The notes under the pieces: model-generated
What the model was told of the DNA's origin: nothing
Database searches by the model: none
The model's input: the letters and a program-made list of their open reading frames with translations, nothing else
Source of the DNA: Clostridia bacterium
Lineage (GTDB): Bacteria > Bacillota > Clostridia > UBA1381 > UMGS1253
DNA length: 64,000 nucleotides
NCBI GenBank assembly: GCA_045636325.1
Contig: JAZTXH010000014.1
Span: 19,637-83,636, forward strand
Reading direction: 5' to 3'
Made by a program: the position numbers and the translations under genes
Shown: piece by piece, positions 50,181 to 60,438 of the stretch
Layout of the letters: each line of letters starts with the position of its first letter
Numbering within the stretch: the stretch's first letter is position 1

Positions 50181-50417
50181 TTATATTTCCTCACTTTCAA
50201 TATATATTTCTTTAGCATCGCTATTGCGTATTGCAACAAGCGTATTTTTTATCCTATATGCCTTTGGATCCCCTGAAGGACTAATTAATACACATTCTAC
50301 CTTAGTTTTTCCTACAAGTCCCATATCCATAAGACGCCTTTTTATGTTTTTTTCACAATTTATACTTTTTACATATCCACTCTGTCCTGGTTTCATATTT
50401 GCCATAGTATGATACAT
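50181..50417 (-). CDS. feoA: Ferrous iron transport protein FeoA
   Basis: 78 aa SH3-like FeoA (RRLMDMGLVGKTKVECV..P.GDP). Confidence 0.88.
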   Translation of the reverse strand: MYHTMANMKPGQSGYVKSINCEKNIKRRLMDMGLVGKTKVECVLISPSGDPKAYRIKNTLVAIRNSDAKEIYIESEEI

Positions 50418-50557
50418 AACCTCAACTCCAAATTTTAATTTCCCGATTTTATAATATGACAGTAAAAAAAGAACTGTGAATTTTAGCAGATTTATTTAAT
50501 AATTTATAAAAATTTGACAACTACAGAAATAAAAATTTGACTTTTTAAAAAAATATC

Positions 50558-50586
50558 TTGACAATTGCAAAACATTAGTGTATAAT
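50558..50586 (+). promoter_or_regulatory. Perfect consensus sigma-A promoter for tRNA-Pro
   Basis: TTGACA-17 nt-TATAAT, ending 18 nt before the tRNA 5' end. Confidence 0.75.
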
Positions 50587-50604
50587 TGTTTGTGTTGTTA
50601 TTTT

Positions 50605-50681
50605 CGGGATTTAGCGCAGTTTGGTAGCGCACATGGTTTGGGACCATGGGGCCGGGGGTTCGAATCCCTCAATCCCGACCA
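50605..50681 (+). tRNA. tRNA-Pro (anticodon UGG), CCA encoded
   Basis: Hand-folded cloverleaf: acceptor CGGGATT/AATCCCG, D-stem GCGC/GCGC, anticodon stem CATGG/CCATG with loop TTTGGGA, T-arm GGGGG-TTCGAAT-CCCTC, discriminator A, then CCA. Confidence 0.93.
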
Positions 50682-50718
50682 AAGTCCTTTTTTATTTAAA
50701 GGACTTTTTGTTTTTTTT
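50681..50718 (+). terminator. Intrinsic terminator after tRNA-Pro
   Basis: Stem AAAGTCCTT/AAGGACTTT followed by TTGTTTTTTTT. Confidence 0.8.
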
Positions 50719-50721
50719 AAA

Positions 50722-50770
50722 CAAAAAAATGACTGTGAGCAGTTTTTCTATTCAATGCCCACAGTCATTT
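50722..50770 (-). terminator. Intrinsic terminator after the 144-aa gene
   Basis: Stem ATGACTGTG/CACAGTCAT followed by T7 on the minus strand. Confidence 0.6.
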
Positions 50771-50773
50771 TAA

Positions 50774-51208
50774 CTATAAAAACTTTCTAATATCAATTTC
50801 GAGGCGTTCCTCAAGATTAATAAGTCTTTTTGTAATATCCTTTGAAACTTCATCAGCCGCTTTATACTGATTTAAATATCTGTTTAAGCTTTTTATCCCC
50901 ATATCGCAACCATCGGTAATTAAATCTGCAATAGTCCCGTCAGATTCATTAATCACGAGCTTTACATTTGTTTTTATCCAGCTCATTGATTTCGCCATAG
51001 GGTTAGGCTCTTTACCATCATCATTATACTTAGAAAGAAGACTTTCTGTTTCTTCTCTTAACTTTTCATGCTCATTTCTGCATTCTGAAAGATATTTCTT
51101 CAATTCTTCATCATTTACATAATCAAGAACATCATCTATAGAAGAAATACCCATTTTAATGCCTGCATCGCATTCTCTCAAAAGCTTTACTGTATCCTGA
51201 TTTATCAT
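50774..51208 (-). CDS. Hypothetical helical-bundle protein
   Basis: 144 aa, highly helical and acidic, with two similar halves (..CDAGIKMGISSID.. and ..DGCDMGIKSLN..). The family is not confidently recognised. Confidence 0.6.
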   Translation of the reverse strand: MINQDTVKLLRECDAGIKMGISSIDDVLDYVNDEELKKYLSECRNEHEKLREETESLLSKYNDDGKEPNPMAKSMSWIKTNVKLVINESDGTIADLITDGCDMGIKSLNRYLNQYKAADEVSKDITKRLINLEERLEIDIRKFL

Positions 51209-51261
51209 ATAAAAAACTCCTTTCTTTATACATTAAGTATATCCTTATATATTTTTTTAAT

Positions 51262-51308
51262 ACAAAAAAACACAAAAAAGCAGTTTTGCTTAATTTTGCA
51301 AAACCGCT
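51262..51308 (-). terminator. Intrinsic terminator after the SulP gene
   Basis: Stem AGCGGTTTTGC/GCAAAACTGCT followed by TTTTTGTGTTTTTTT on the minus strand. Confidence 0.7.
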
Positions 51309-51325
51309 CTTTTTAATTTTACCAA

Positions 51326-52963
51326 TTATTTATTTTCGCTTAAAGCCTGTTCAACGCTCCAATATACATTTTCCGTACCTACAACTTTATCTGTACCATT
51401 TCGTTTAAACATTTTCAACACTTTAGGCTGGACAGCCGCAATCTTTAGCTGTATATTTTTTTCTTTTAACTCTTCTGCAAGCTCCGTAAACACAGATACG
51501 CCCGATGTGTCAATCAACGGCACGCCTCTCATAGAGAAAATAAGAGTTTTAACATCTTCACCTTCCACAATTTCACGCACTTTACGTACAAGTACATCTG
51601 TTGTTATGAAAAACACCGGACCTGTTATGTAGATAACAATAGTTGTTTTATGATGATCAAAAACTTTAATTCCTTTATCTTCAAGCTTATCAACATCCAC
51701 TGTTGCATAGTCTAAATCAATATCAGAAATTTTTATAACAAACATTATAATTGCAATCACAAGACCTGCAACAATAGCAATTGTCAAATCAAAAACTACA
51801 GTCGCAATCATTGTTGCAAAAAATAAAAACGCCGCTGATTTAAATTTCTTTTTAAATATATGTCCTATTTCTTCCCACTCATTCATTCTAAAGGCTGTTA
51901 CCATTAACACACCCGCCAATGCGCTTAAAGGAATTCTGCTCATTACAGGACCTATAACAAACATTGCCAAAAGCAAAACAATCGCATGAATAGCACCTGT
52001 AAGTCTTGTTTGTAAACCTGACTTAATTGCAACGCTTGTTCTTGCAATTGCCGCAGTAGACGGAACACCGCCAAAGAATGGAATAATTATATTACCGACA
52101 CCCTGAGAAACAAGCTCCACATCTGCATTTAGTTTTTCACCTTTCATTCTTGACGCACTTGCACCACATAAAAGGCTTTCAATCATCGCAAGTGCCGCAA
52201 TACTTATAGCAGGCACTATAAGATTTTTTATCAACTCAAAATTTGCTAAATCAGAAACATTCAGTCTGTTTTCAGCAAAAAGAGTTTTTGGTATTTCACC
52301 TACAACAGTCACATCAAACTTAAATATCATGTTAGCAGCAGTTGATAAAATAATTGCTACCAAGGACGCCGGCAATACACTTCCCCACTTTTTTGGATAA
52401 AACACCATAAACAAAATTACCGCAAGACCTATTATCACAGCAGTCCGGTCAGGTGAAAAACCCAGCTCACCATAACTTAAAAGCTTTTCTATTGCATTTT
52501 CTCCCTGTGATGCTACACCAAAAAAATTGTCAACCTGTCCTAATGCAATTATAATCGAAATACCTGATGTAAAGCCCACAATAACAGGAGCTGGAAGAAT
52601 AGATACCACCTTTCCAACTTTTAAAAAAGCGGCAATAAGTAAAATAACACCTGCCAGAAATCCTGCAACAAACATAGCGCCAATTCCGTTTTTTGCAATC
52701 AGTGAAATTAAAATTGCTGTCATTGCGCCGGTAGGCCCGGAAATCTGAAAAGATGCACCCGAAAGCAAACTCATAACCAACCCTGATAAAATCGCAGTTA
52801 TAAGACCTGCCGCAGCATCGGCACCGGAGCTTACACCAAATGCCAATGCAAGCGGAATTGCAACAGCCGCAACCGTAAGACCTGCCATTAAATCTTTTGA
52901 AAACTTTTTGCCGTTGTAACCCGCAAACTCATCTTTCAACATTCCAAAATACTTTTTCAACAC
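51326..52963 (-). CDS. SulP-family anion transporter with C-terminal STAS domain
   Basis: 545 aa. N-terminal motif DLMAGLTVAAVAIPLALAF and a C-terminal STAS (anti-sigma-antagonist-like) domain. Confidence 0.9.
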   Translation of the reverse strand: MLKKYFGMLKDEFAGYNGKKFSKDLMAGLTVAAVAIPLALAFGVSSGADAAAGLITAILSGLVMSLLSGASFQISGPTGAMTAILISLIAKNGIGAMFVAGFLAGVILLIAAFLKVGKVVSILPAPVIVGFTSGISIIIALGQVDNFFGVASQGENAIEKLLSYGELGFSPDRTAVIIGLAVILFMVFYPKKWGSVLPASLVAIILSTAANMIFKFDVTVVGEIPKTLFAENRLNVSDLANFELIKNLIVPAISIAALAMIESLLCGASASRMKGEKLNADVELVSQGVGNIIIPFFGGVPSTAAIARTSVAIKSGLQTRLTGAIHAIVLLLAMFVIGPVMSRIPLSALAGVLMVTAFRMNEWEEIGHIFKKKFKSAAFLFFATMIATVVFDLTIAIVAGLVIAIIMFVIKISDIDLDYATVDVDKLEDKGIKVFDHHKTTIVIYITGPVFFITTDVLVRKVREIVEGEDVKTLIFSMRGVPLIDTSGVSVFTELAEELKEKNIQLKIAAVQPKVLKMFKRNGTDKVVGTENVYWSVEQALSENK

Positions 52964-52990
52964 TTAAATACATCTCCCCGAATTTAATAA

Positions 52991-54868
52991 TTATTTGTAT
53001 TTTAATATAGAATAGTATTGAATAATCTGATATTTATCCATAATATTCTGTTGTTCATCATTTAATTTGTTAATCTGCTCCCCTTTATTATCAACATAAT
53101 AATACGGAGTAATAACAGGAAACTCTGCCTTAACATCCTTAATAAATTTAAAATGCTCAGACATGGGCGCTTTCATATATTCAAGCATTTCTATGCCTAA
53201 ATAATTAGAGGAAATAATTCCTCTGTCCCCTGCAGGTATATCATATCCAAACTTCTGCATCTGTTTTTTGTATGCAGAATTACCCCATATAACGTAAGGT
53301 GTTCTGTGATGCTCTTTATCTCCCTCAAAACCTTCTTTGTTCATTTGTATTCCCATCTGCGGTAAAACATCATTGGTTTTCTGATTAAAGTTCGGCAAAT
53401 GGTCACCGTAGAAAACAACAATTGCAGGTCTTGAAGATTTTTCAAGGCAATCTGCCACAACACCTAAAAGGTCATCGGTCTTCTTGATTTTTTCAACATA
53501 CTGATTTATCATATAATAATCTCTGTCACTCATGCCAACAGGTCTTACAATATATTCGGTGTTTGCATAAGTTTCATTATAAGGCAGATGGTTTTCAATT
53601 GTGACATTGAAATTAAAATAACTCTGCCCCGGATTATTTTTTACATGCTCATTATATTTATTAACAATAAGTTCCGACAAAACGCAATCTGCGGTATATC
53701 CGTTATATGCTTTTTGAGGATTAGTGTCTGCTATATCTTCATAGAAAGTCGTATCATTAAAACCCAGTCTCGGATATGTGCTTCTTCTGTTATAAAACCA
53801 TTCATTTCCAAGATGCATCGCATTTGTATGATAATTAAAATTATCCCTTAAATGAACAGGTATTGAATATGCATTTTTTGAAATATATGTGTTATATGGT
53901 GAAATAATTGTATCGGTTATAAAAGGAAGTGCATTTGCAGTTAAAAACTCAAATTCCGAGATTACTGTTCCGCCACCGATACCTCTTATAATCAAATCAC
54001 CGTAAATACCATCACTACGCAGCTTTTCCAGATTTTCAGTTGGGTTTATACCTTCAGAATACACAAGATTTGTTCGCTTCACATCAAAAAAAGACTCACC
54101 CATTATCGCAATCACATCAGGCATAACGTATCCGTCAGGCAAAGCCTCAGCAAACTCATATTCACTGTAAATTCTATCCACTTCATCTTTTGAATAGCCT
54201 TTGGGCATATCATATTTAAAAAGTTCAAACCTTGTCATAAACATATATAAAAACCCTTTATTCTGCATCACGGAAATATCTTTCCACACATTTGCAAAAC
54301 TGTGTAAATTTTTAAAATAATCAACATCTCTGTAAATTCCCGTATATGCTGAAACTGCAACAATTACGCTTAAAAAAAGTCCTGCCAGTCTGGGTATTAT
54401 TTTTGTTTTTTTACTTCTTACAAAAAGCCACATCAAAACATTTGCTGCCACAACAATTAAAATTGCTAAAATTATAAGCCATGAAAATTTAAAATTGATT
54501 CCGCTACTTACATTTGTGGCTTCGCTTATAGTTGCAACATCTGTGGGTATAAAAGGTTCAGCTCTGAACTCAACCTTAAAGTGATTAACAACAAGCATAA
54601 TCAAAAATACCATACTTATTGTAGAAAACGAAATGCTTACGCTTCCCGAAATAAAATATATAAAGCACAAAGCTAAAAACAACGGAATCGTGTTATATAT
54701 TAATATAACAGGTCTCCATTCAACAGAAAGAGATGATTTCACAAAAAACAAACCGCCGTTTGTAACAAAACTTTGAAATCTGCATAATAATAAAGCTGCA
54801 ATCAATAAAAATGCAATTGCCTGCGCAAAAGACAAATGATATTTTTTCATATTTTTTAATTCGGCCAT
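52991..54868 (-). CDS. LTA-synthase-family (sulfatase-fold) phosphoglycerol/phosphoethanolamine transferase
   Basis: Five N-terminal transmembrane helices plus an extracellular sulfatase domain (VIAIMGESF..., FYGDHLP). ATG at 54868 follows AGGGAGG. Confidence 0.85.
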   Translation of the reverse strand: MAELKNMKKYHLSFAQAIAFLLIAALLLCRFQSFVTNGGLFFVKSSLSVEWRPVILIYNTIPLFLALCFIYFISGSVSISFSTISMVFLIMLVVNHFKVEFRAEPFIPTDVATISEATNVSSGINFKFSWLIILAILIVVAANVLMWLFVRSKKTKIIPRLAGLFLSVIVAVSAYTGIYRDVDYFKNLHSFANVWKDISVMQNKGFLYMFMTRFELFKYDMPKGYSKDEVDRIYSEYEFAEALPDGYVMPDVIAIMGESFFDVKRTNLVYSEGINPTENLEKLRSDGIYGDLIIRGIGGGTVISEFEFLTANALPFITDTIISPYNTYISKNAYSIPVHLRDNFNYHTNAMHLGNEWFYNRRSTYPRLGFNDTTFYEDIADTNPQKAYNGYTADCVLSELIVNKYNEHVKNNPGQSYFNFNVTIENHLPYNETYANTEYIVRPVGMSDRDYYMINQYVEKIKKTDDLLGVVADCLEKSSRPAIVVFYGDHLPNFNQKTNDVLPQMGIQMNKEGFEGDKEHHRTPYVIWGNSAYKKQMQKFGYDIPAGDRGIISSNYLGIEMLEYMKAPMSEHFKFIKDVKAEFPVITPYYYVDNKGEQINKLNDEQQNIMDKYQIIQYYSILKYK

Positions 54869-54960
54869 GCTAAACCTCCCTAAAAACAATATATTTTACA
54901 TAATCATACTAAGTCAGTATAACACACAGTAAATTATTTTGTCAAAGGTTTTACACCTAT

Positions 54961-55004
54961 AAAAATAAAAAAATCAGGCTTTGCTGAAAACCAAAGCCTG
55001 ATTT
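54961..55004 (-). terminator. Intrinsic terminator after spoVT
   Basis: Stem AATCAGGCTTTG/CAAAGCCTGATT followed by T7. Confidence 0.8.
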
Positions 55005-55008
55005 TGAA

Positions 55009-55551
55009 TTATTCTTCCATATGTCTGCCTAAAAAACCTGCTGCTGTTTGTGCAAGTTTTGCTTCAATCTCACCTGCAGGCTTTTGTTCCTGCCCAAACA
55101 TTACCACGCTTCCTATTGTGTCACCCTCAGAAATTATTGGATAAACAACATTTGCCGAATATTTGTCAAATCCGTCTATTATCCACACCTGACTTACGTC
55201 TCCGTTGCTTTTTATATAGTTTGTTTTTTCACCCATAATTTTTTCAAGTTCAGCACTGACACGCTTATCAAGCATTTCCTTTTTTGGAACACCCGAAACA
55301 GCTATAATACTGTCACGGTCTGTTATGCATGCTGCAATGCCACTTGTTTTCGCTAAGGTTTCAGCATATTTACCTGCAAATTCCGAAAGTTCACCAATTG
55401 GAGAATATTTTTTAAAAATTACTTCTCCGTCTCTGTTAGTAAATATTTCAAGTGGGTCTCCTTCTCGAATACGCATGGTTCTGCGTATTTCTTTAGGTAT
55501 AACAACACGACCAAGGTCGTCTATTCTTCTTACAATTCCTGTTGCTTTCAT
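55009..55551 (-). CDS. spoVT: Stage V sporulation protein T (AbrB-type N-domain plus GAF-like domain)
   Basis: MKATGIVRRIDDLGRVVIPKEIRRTMRIREGDPLEIF is the SpoVT/AbrB swapped-hairpin domain. The 180-aa length fits SpoVT rather than AbrB. Confidence 0.9.
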   Translation of the reverse strand: MKATGIVRRIDDLGRVVIPKEIRRTMRIREGDPLEIFTNRDGEVIFKKYSPIGELSEFAGKYAETLAKTSGIAACITDRDSIIAVSGVPKKEMLDKRVSAELEKIMGEKTNYIKSNGDVSQVWIIDGFDKYSANVVYPIISEGDTIGSVVMFGQEQKPAGEIEAKLAQTAAGFLGRHMEE

Positions 55552-55935
55552 ACTATAAATTGCTCCTTTTGGTTTTAGTTACAACAGTATTTTGTGCAAA
55601 CAAGGAATTTTTATGTAAGAAAAAGTATGGTTAATATTTCCTTATTCTAAATATTCCATCTTTTGTTTCAGTGCTTATTAGTCAAGTCTGCAGTTCCACA
55701 CGCAAAACTGTTCACCGCTGTATTCTCTTGTCAAATTTTTAAACAAAATACAAAAAATTACACCAAACGAATTTCGGAAAAACACAAAATACAAACAGAT
55801 TAAAATTACCTTATTTTATATTGTCATATTTTTTTGCTTTTATAAAACAGGGTAATTTTTAATGGATTTTATGATTAAAAACGTTAAATTGGGTAATAAC
55901 ATTTATATAAAACTTTTGAAAGGAACAATAAAATT

Positions 55936-56193
55936 ATGAAAGAATTTTTTTACACTATAACTGACCAATTAGGTATTCATGCCCGCCCTGCCGGTTTACT
56001 TGTAAAAGAAGCAAGTCGTTTTGAATCCGACATAACACTTGTAAAAGACGATAAAGCCGCTGATGCAAAACGCATTTTTTCTGTTATGGGATTAGGAATA
56101 AAACAAAACGAAAAAATCAAAATTTCAATAACAGGTCCCGATGAAGAAAAAGCCTCATCTGAGCTTGAAAAATTTTTTAAACAAAATTTATAA
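55936..56193 (+). CDS. ptsH: Phosphocarrier protein HPr
   Basis: GIHARPA (His15) and KRIFSVMGLG (Ser46) are both present. Confidence 0.93.
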   Translation: MKEFFYTITDQLGIHARPAGLLVKEASRFESDITLVKDDKAADAKRIFSVMGLGIKQNEKIKISITGPDEEKASSELEKFFKQNL

Positions 56194-56207
56194 AACGGAG
56201 GCAACAT

Positions 56208-57836
56208 ATGTTTGTATATAAGGGAAAAAGCATTTACGGAGGCATTGCAATCGGAAAAATAAGAATACTCCAAAAAGATTTGCCTCCTGTCAAACGAAAA
56301 AAAGTTGACTCGCCAAAAGATGAGTTAGTTCGTTTTTCCAATGCAAAGAAAAAAGCTTACAGCCAGCTTGAATCACTTTATAAAAAAGCATTAACAGAGG
56401 TCGGTAAAGATAACGCCGCTATTTTTGAAATACACCAAATAATGCTAAACGATGCAGATTACAATGAATCAATTGAAAATTTTATTTTAAACCAAAGCTT
56501 GAATGCCGAATATGCAGTCACTGCAACAGGTGAAAATTTTTCACAAATGTTTTCATTAATGGACGATGCATATATGAAAGCCAGAAGCCTTGACGTAAAA
56601 GACATCTCTGACAGACTTGTAAATATTCTAAGCGGATATTCAAACACCTTTGCCGACGAAGAATCGCCTTCTATATTAATCGCCGAAGACCTTACCCCCA
56701 GCCAAACCGTTCAGCTTGATAAATCAAAAATTTTAGCATTTGTAACAAAAAAAGGCTCTTCAAATTCTCATACATCAATTCTTGCAAGAACAATGAATAT
56801 TCCTGCAATTATTGGAATAGATACTGAAAAAATCAAAGATAATGAGAACAAAATCGCAATTGCAGACGGTTTTACCGGCACATTATATATAGACCCCAAC
56901 GAAGAAACTTTAAAGAAAATGGAGCGTTTAAAATCCGAAGAAGACGAAAAAAGAAGTCTTCTTCAAACACTAAAAGGCAAAGAAAATATAACTATAGATG
57001 GAAAAAAGATAAAACTTTATGCAAACATCGGAAATATCAATGATATGGCGCTTGCACTTGAAAATGATGCAGAAGGAATAGGACTTTTCCGAAGCGAGTT
57101 TATTTACCTGGAAAAAGACACCTTACCAACCGAAGAAGAACAATTTGAAATATATAAAACTATTGCACAAACTATGGCAGATAAACCTGTCATAATACGA
57201 ACTCTTGATATTGGAGCTGACAAACAGGCAAAATATTTCAATCTTGAGCCAGAAGAAAATCCTGCTATGGGACTGAGAGCTATCAGACTTTGCCTTACAC
57301 GACCTGAAATTTTTAAAACACAACTTCGTGCACTTTTCCGCGCATCAGTTTTTGGCTCACTTTCAGTTATGTATCCTATGATTTCATCATTATGGGAAAT
57401 TGACAAAATTAAAGAAATTGCCGCAGAGGTATCATATGAACTTACAAAAGAGCAAATACCGCATAAAATTCCAGAACAGGGAATTATGATAGAAACACCC
57501 GCCGCGGTTATGCTGTCAGACAAACTTGCAAAAGAAGTTTCTTTTTTCAGCATCGGAACAAATGATTTACTGCAATACACTATGGCGATAGATCGTCAAA
57601 ATCCGTCCCTTGATGATTTTTTTGACCCACAATGCGAAGCTGTGCTTAAAATGATAGAACTTACTGTAAAAAATGCGCATGATGCCAATATTTGGGTTGG
57701 CATATGCGGCGAATTAGGCTCCGATACCTCACTTACCAAAAAATTTATTTCCATAGGAATTGATGAATTGTCTGTTTCGCCATCAAAAGTACTTCAGGTA
57801 AGAAAAACAATACGCAATATCAATCTAAATGAATAG
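56208..57836 (+). CDS. ptsI: PTS Enzyme I
   Basis: 542 aa with GSSNSHTSILAR (phospho-His) and a PEP-utilising C-terminal TIM barrel (FFSIGTNDLLQY). Confidence 0.95.
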   Translation: MFVYKGKSIYGGIAIGKIRILQKDLPPVKRKKVDSPKDELVRFSNAKKKAYSQLESLYKKALTEVGKDNAAIFEIHQIMLNDADYNESIENFILNQSLNAEYAVTATGENFSQMFSLMDDAYMKARSLDVKDISDRLVNILSGYSNTFADEESPSILIAEDLTPSQTVQLDKSKILAFVTKKGSSNSHTSILARTMNIPAIIGIDTEKIKDNENKIAIADGFTGTLYIDPNEETLKKMERLKSEEDEKRSLLQTLKGKENITIDGKKIKLYANIGNINDMALALENDAEGIGLFRSEFIYLEKDTLPTEEEQFEIYKTIAQTMADKPVIIRTLDIGADKQAKYFNLEPEENPAMGLRAIRLCLTRPEIFKTQLRALFRASVFGSLSVMYPMISSLWEIDKIKEIAAEVSYELTKEQIPHKIPEQGIMIETPAAVMLSDKLAKEVSFFSIGTNDLLQYTMAIDRQNPSLDDFFDPQCEAVLKMIELTVKNAHDANIWVGICGELGSDTSLTKKFISIGIDELSVSPSKVLQVRKTIRNINLNE

Positions 57837-57841
57837 AAAAA

Positions 57842-57888
57842 AATCGGAACGTACTGTTATTTTTGTAACAAAGTTCCGATTTTTTTAA
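57842..57888 (+). terminator. Intrinsic terminator after ptsI
   Basis: Stem AATCGGAAC/GTTCCGATT followed by TTTTTTAATT. Confidence 0.7.
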
Positions 57889-57936
57889 TTTTACTTTTTA
57901 AAAAAACTTAAATTTTATAATTTTTTACTTTTTTTA

Positions 57937-57965
57937 TTGACGAATTTTTTCAAAAGATGTATAAT
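57937..57965 (+). promoter_or_regulatory. Sigma-A promoter for serC-serA
   Basis: TTGACG-17 nt-TATAAT, 36 nt upstream of the serC ATG. Confidence 0.65.
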
Positions 57966-58001
57966 GTAAACTGTAATTTTATAAATATGGAGGAGATAAT
58001 T

Positions 58002-59096
58002 ATGAAAAGAGTTTACAATTTTTCTGCCGGCCCTTCTGCTATGCCGGAAGCTGTTTTAAGAAAAGCCGCAGATGAAATGGTTTGTTATGGTGACGCTGGC
58101 ATGTCCGTGATGGAGATGAGCCATCGTTCAAAGCCTTATCAGGCTATTATAGATTCAGCTTTTTCAAATCTTCGTGAAATAATGAACATCCCTGAAAACT
58201 ACAATATTTTGTTTATGCAGGGCGGTGCAACAGCTCAGTTTGATGCAATTCCTTTAAACCTAATGAAAAAAGGCAGCGCTGAATTCGTAGATTCCGGCAC
58301 ATGGACAAAGAAAGCTATAAAGCTTGCAAAAAAATACGGTAACGCTCACGTTCTTGCATCTTCAGCAGACACCGCCTATGACCGTATTCCTGATTACAAT
58401 CCTGATGATATTAACACAGACTCTGACTACTTCTACATTTGTATGAACAATACAGTTGCAGGCACAAAATGGAATACAATGCCTGAAACAAAAGGCCTTC
58501 CTCTTGTTGCTGACTTTTCATCCTGTATTCTTTCTGAAGAATTTAATGTTAATGACTTTGGTTTGATTTTTGCAGGTGCACAGAAAAATATGGGTCCTGC
58601 AGGTGTTGCAGCAGTTATTGTAAGAAATGATTTAATGAATGACTGTATGCCAATTACACCTGAGCTCTATAACTATACAGTAAACTTTGAGGCCGGCTCA
58701 ATGCTTAACACTCCTCCTACATATACAATTTATATGTTAAACCTTGTTTTAGAATGGGTTAAAGAAATGGGTGGTGTTAAAACTATGGGCGAAATCAACC
58801 GCAAAAAAGCTACTATGCTTTATGATTTCCTTGATGCATCCAAGCTATTCATGCCCAGAGTTGTAAAGAAAGACCGTTCACTTATGAATGTTACTTTCAC
58901 AATCGGCGATGAAGATATGGAAAAGAGATTCGTGGCAGAAGCAAAAGATGTAGGTCTTGTTAACCTTGCAGGTCACAGAATTATGGGTGGTATGCGTGCA
59001 AGCATTTATAATGCAATGCCCATTGAAGGCGTTAAGGCTTTAATTGAGTTTATGGAAAAATTTGAAAAAGACAATCTTGATAAGGTTGTAAGATAA
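58002..59096 (+). CDS. serC: Phosphoserine aminotransferase
   Basis: MKRVYNFSAGPSAMP..., SHRS and the AQKNMGPAG PLP-Lys motif. ATG at 58002 follows GGAGGAG. Confidence 0.95.
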   Translation: MKRVYNFSAGPSAMPEAVLRKAADEMVCYGDAGMSVMEMSHRSKPYQAIIDSAFSNLREIMNIPENYNILFMQGGATAQFDAIPLNLMKKGSAEFVDSGTWTKKAIKLAKKYGNAHVLASSADTAYDRIPDYNPDDINTDSDYFYICMNNTVAGTKWNTMPETKGLPLVADFSSCILSEEFNVNDFGLIFAGAQKNMGPAGVAAVIVRNDLMNDCMPITPELYNYTVNFEAGSMLNTPPTYTIYMLNLVLEWVKEMGGVKTMGEINRKKATMLYDFLDASKLFMPRVVKKDRSLMNVTFTIGDEDMEKRFVAEAKDVGLVNLAGHRIMGGMRASIYNAMPIEGVKALIEFMEKFEKDNLDKVVR

Positions 59097-59124
59097 TAAA
59101 ATATTCTTGAAAGGTTTGATTTAA

Positions 59125-60294
59125 TTGTTTGATATTCTTACATTAAATAAAATTGCAAAATGCGGTTTAGATAAACTGGATTCTGAAAAATACAATATTA
59201 CAGATGATTCTTCTGCAAATGCAGATGGTATCATTCTAAGAAGCTTTGCAATGCACGATATGGATTTACAAGAAAACCTAAAAGCAGTTGCCCGTGCAGG
59301 TGCTGGTGTAAATAATATTCCAATTGACAAATGCAGTGAAAAAGGTATAGTTGTATTTAACACTCCTGGTGCAAATGCAAACGCTGTTAAAGAACTTACA
59401 ATTACCGGTCTGTTCCTCGCTTCTCGTGATATTATCGGTGGTGTAAGTTGGGCAAAAACCTTAATTGGTGAAGGCGATGCCGTAGGCAAGCTCGTTGAAA
59501 AAGGCAAAGGCCAGTTTGCAGGAAATGAAATTGAAGGTAAAACTCTTGGTGTAATAGGTCTTGGTGCAATTGGTGTTATGGTTGCAAATGCAGCTCAGCA
59601 CCTTGGAATGAATGTTATCGGTTATGACCCATATCTGTCAGTTGATGCAGCATGGAATCTTTCAAGAAAAATTCATAAATCAACTGATATTAAGGAAATC
59701 TTTGAAAAATCAGATTATATTACACTTCATCTTCCCCTTAACGATTCAACACGTTACATGATTTCAGACGACCAGTTTGCAATTATGAAGGATGGTGTTA
59801 AACTATTAAACTTCTCGCGTGGTGAACTTGTTTGTGACAATGCTCTTGCTAAAGCTCTTGAAAGCGGAAAAGTCTCAAAATACGTTGTTGACTTTCCCAA
59901 CGAAAAAACACTTAAGATGGATAATGTTATTGCCATTCCCCACCTTGGTGCTTCTACAGAGGAATCGGAAGATAACTGTGCTATGATGGCAGCATCTGAG
60001 CTTGCTGAATACCTTGAAAATGGTAATATTAAAAACAGCGTAAATTTCCCTAACTGTGCAATGGAAAGAGAGCCTGGAACAGAACGCATCTGTATTTTAC
60101 ACAAAAACATTCCCAATATGTTAACACAGTTTTCTGCCGTTTTCGCTGAATGCGGCATAAACATTGCGCATATGACAAACAAGAGCAAAAAAGATTACGC
60201 TTACACAATTATGGATGTAAATGGTGAAATTGCTGATTTAGAAAACAAAATTGCATCTTTGGATGACGTTATGAAAGTAAGAGTTATTGCATAA
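59125..60294 (+). CDS. serA: D-3-phosphoglycerate dehydrogenase with C-terminal ACT domain
   Basis: 2-hydroxyacid dehydrogenase NAD motif GVIGLGAIG and catalytic HLGAST, with a C-terminal ACT-like domain. TTG start. Confidence 0.9.
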   Translation: MFDILTLNKIAKCGLDKLDSEKYNITDDSSANADGIILRSFAMHDMDLQENLKAVARAGAGVNNIPIDKCSEKGIVVFNTPGANANAVKELTITGLFLASRDIIGGVSWAKTLIGEGDAVGKLVEKGKGQFAGNEIEGKTLGVIGLGAIGVMVANAAQHLGMNVIGYDPYLSVDAAWNLSRKIHKSTDIKEIFEKSDYITLHLPLNDSTRYMISDDQFAIMKDGVKLLNFSRGELVCDNALAKALESGKVSKYVVDFPNEKTLKMDNVIAIPHLGASTEESEDNCAMMAASELAEYLENGNIKNSVNFPNCAMEREPGTERICILHKNIPNMLTQFSAVFAECGINIAHMTNKSKKDYAYTIMDVNGEIADLENKIASLDDVMKVRVIA

Positions 60295-60304
60295 ATATTA
60301 ATAT

Positions 60305-60336
60305 AAAAACAAGGCTTAAAGCAAGCCTTGTTTTTA
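60305..60336 (+). terminator. Intrinsic terminator after serA
   Basis: Stem AAAACAAGGCTT/AAGCCTTGTTTT followed by a T-run. Confidence 0.8.
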
Positions 60337-60365
60337 TATGCTTAAGAAAGAAAAATACATTTACC

Positions 60366-60393
60366 TTGAAAATATTCTTTGATATGTTATAAT
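60366..60393 (+). promoter_or_regulatory. Sigma-A promoter with extended -10 for mntP
   Basis: TTGAAA-16 nt-(TGt)TATAAT. Confidence 0.55.
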
Positions 60394-60438
60394 ATCATAT
60401 CATTTTAAACAATTATTAATTTTGAAAGGTTGTTGCAA

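Noticed and set aside
50418-50557. Fur box upstream of feoAB
   Set aside because: There are only AT-rich partial matches (TATAAATTATTAAAT) that do not form the 7-1-7 TGATAATnATTATCA dyad. They are indistinguishable from background in this AT-rich spacer.
50605-54889. tRNA-Pro as an integration hotspot for a genomic island
   Set aside because: There is no integrase, recombinase or phage gene downstream, and I did not spot a direct repeat of the tRNA 3' end. The downstream genes (helical protein, SulP, LtaS-like) look like ordinary chromosome.
55552-55935. Sigma-G promoter for spoVT and a cre site for ptsH in the 384-nt divergent spacer
   Set aside because: GAATA and CATACT motifs are present but 13 or 22 nt apart, not 17-18 nt. 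No convincing TGWAANCGNTNWCA cre site was found. An AAAATTACC/GGGTAATTT inverted repeat is present but too weak to call.
60337-60438. yybP-ykoY manganese riboswitch upstream of mntP
   Set aside because: The promoter-to-ATG distance is about 45 nt, which is too short for the four-helix aptamer. No conserved GGAGAGUAG-type L1/L3 sequences were seen.
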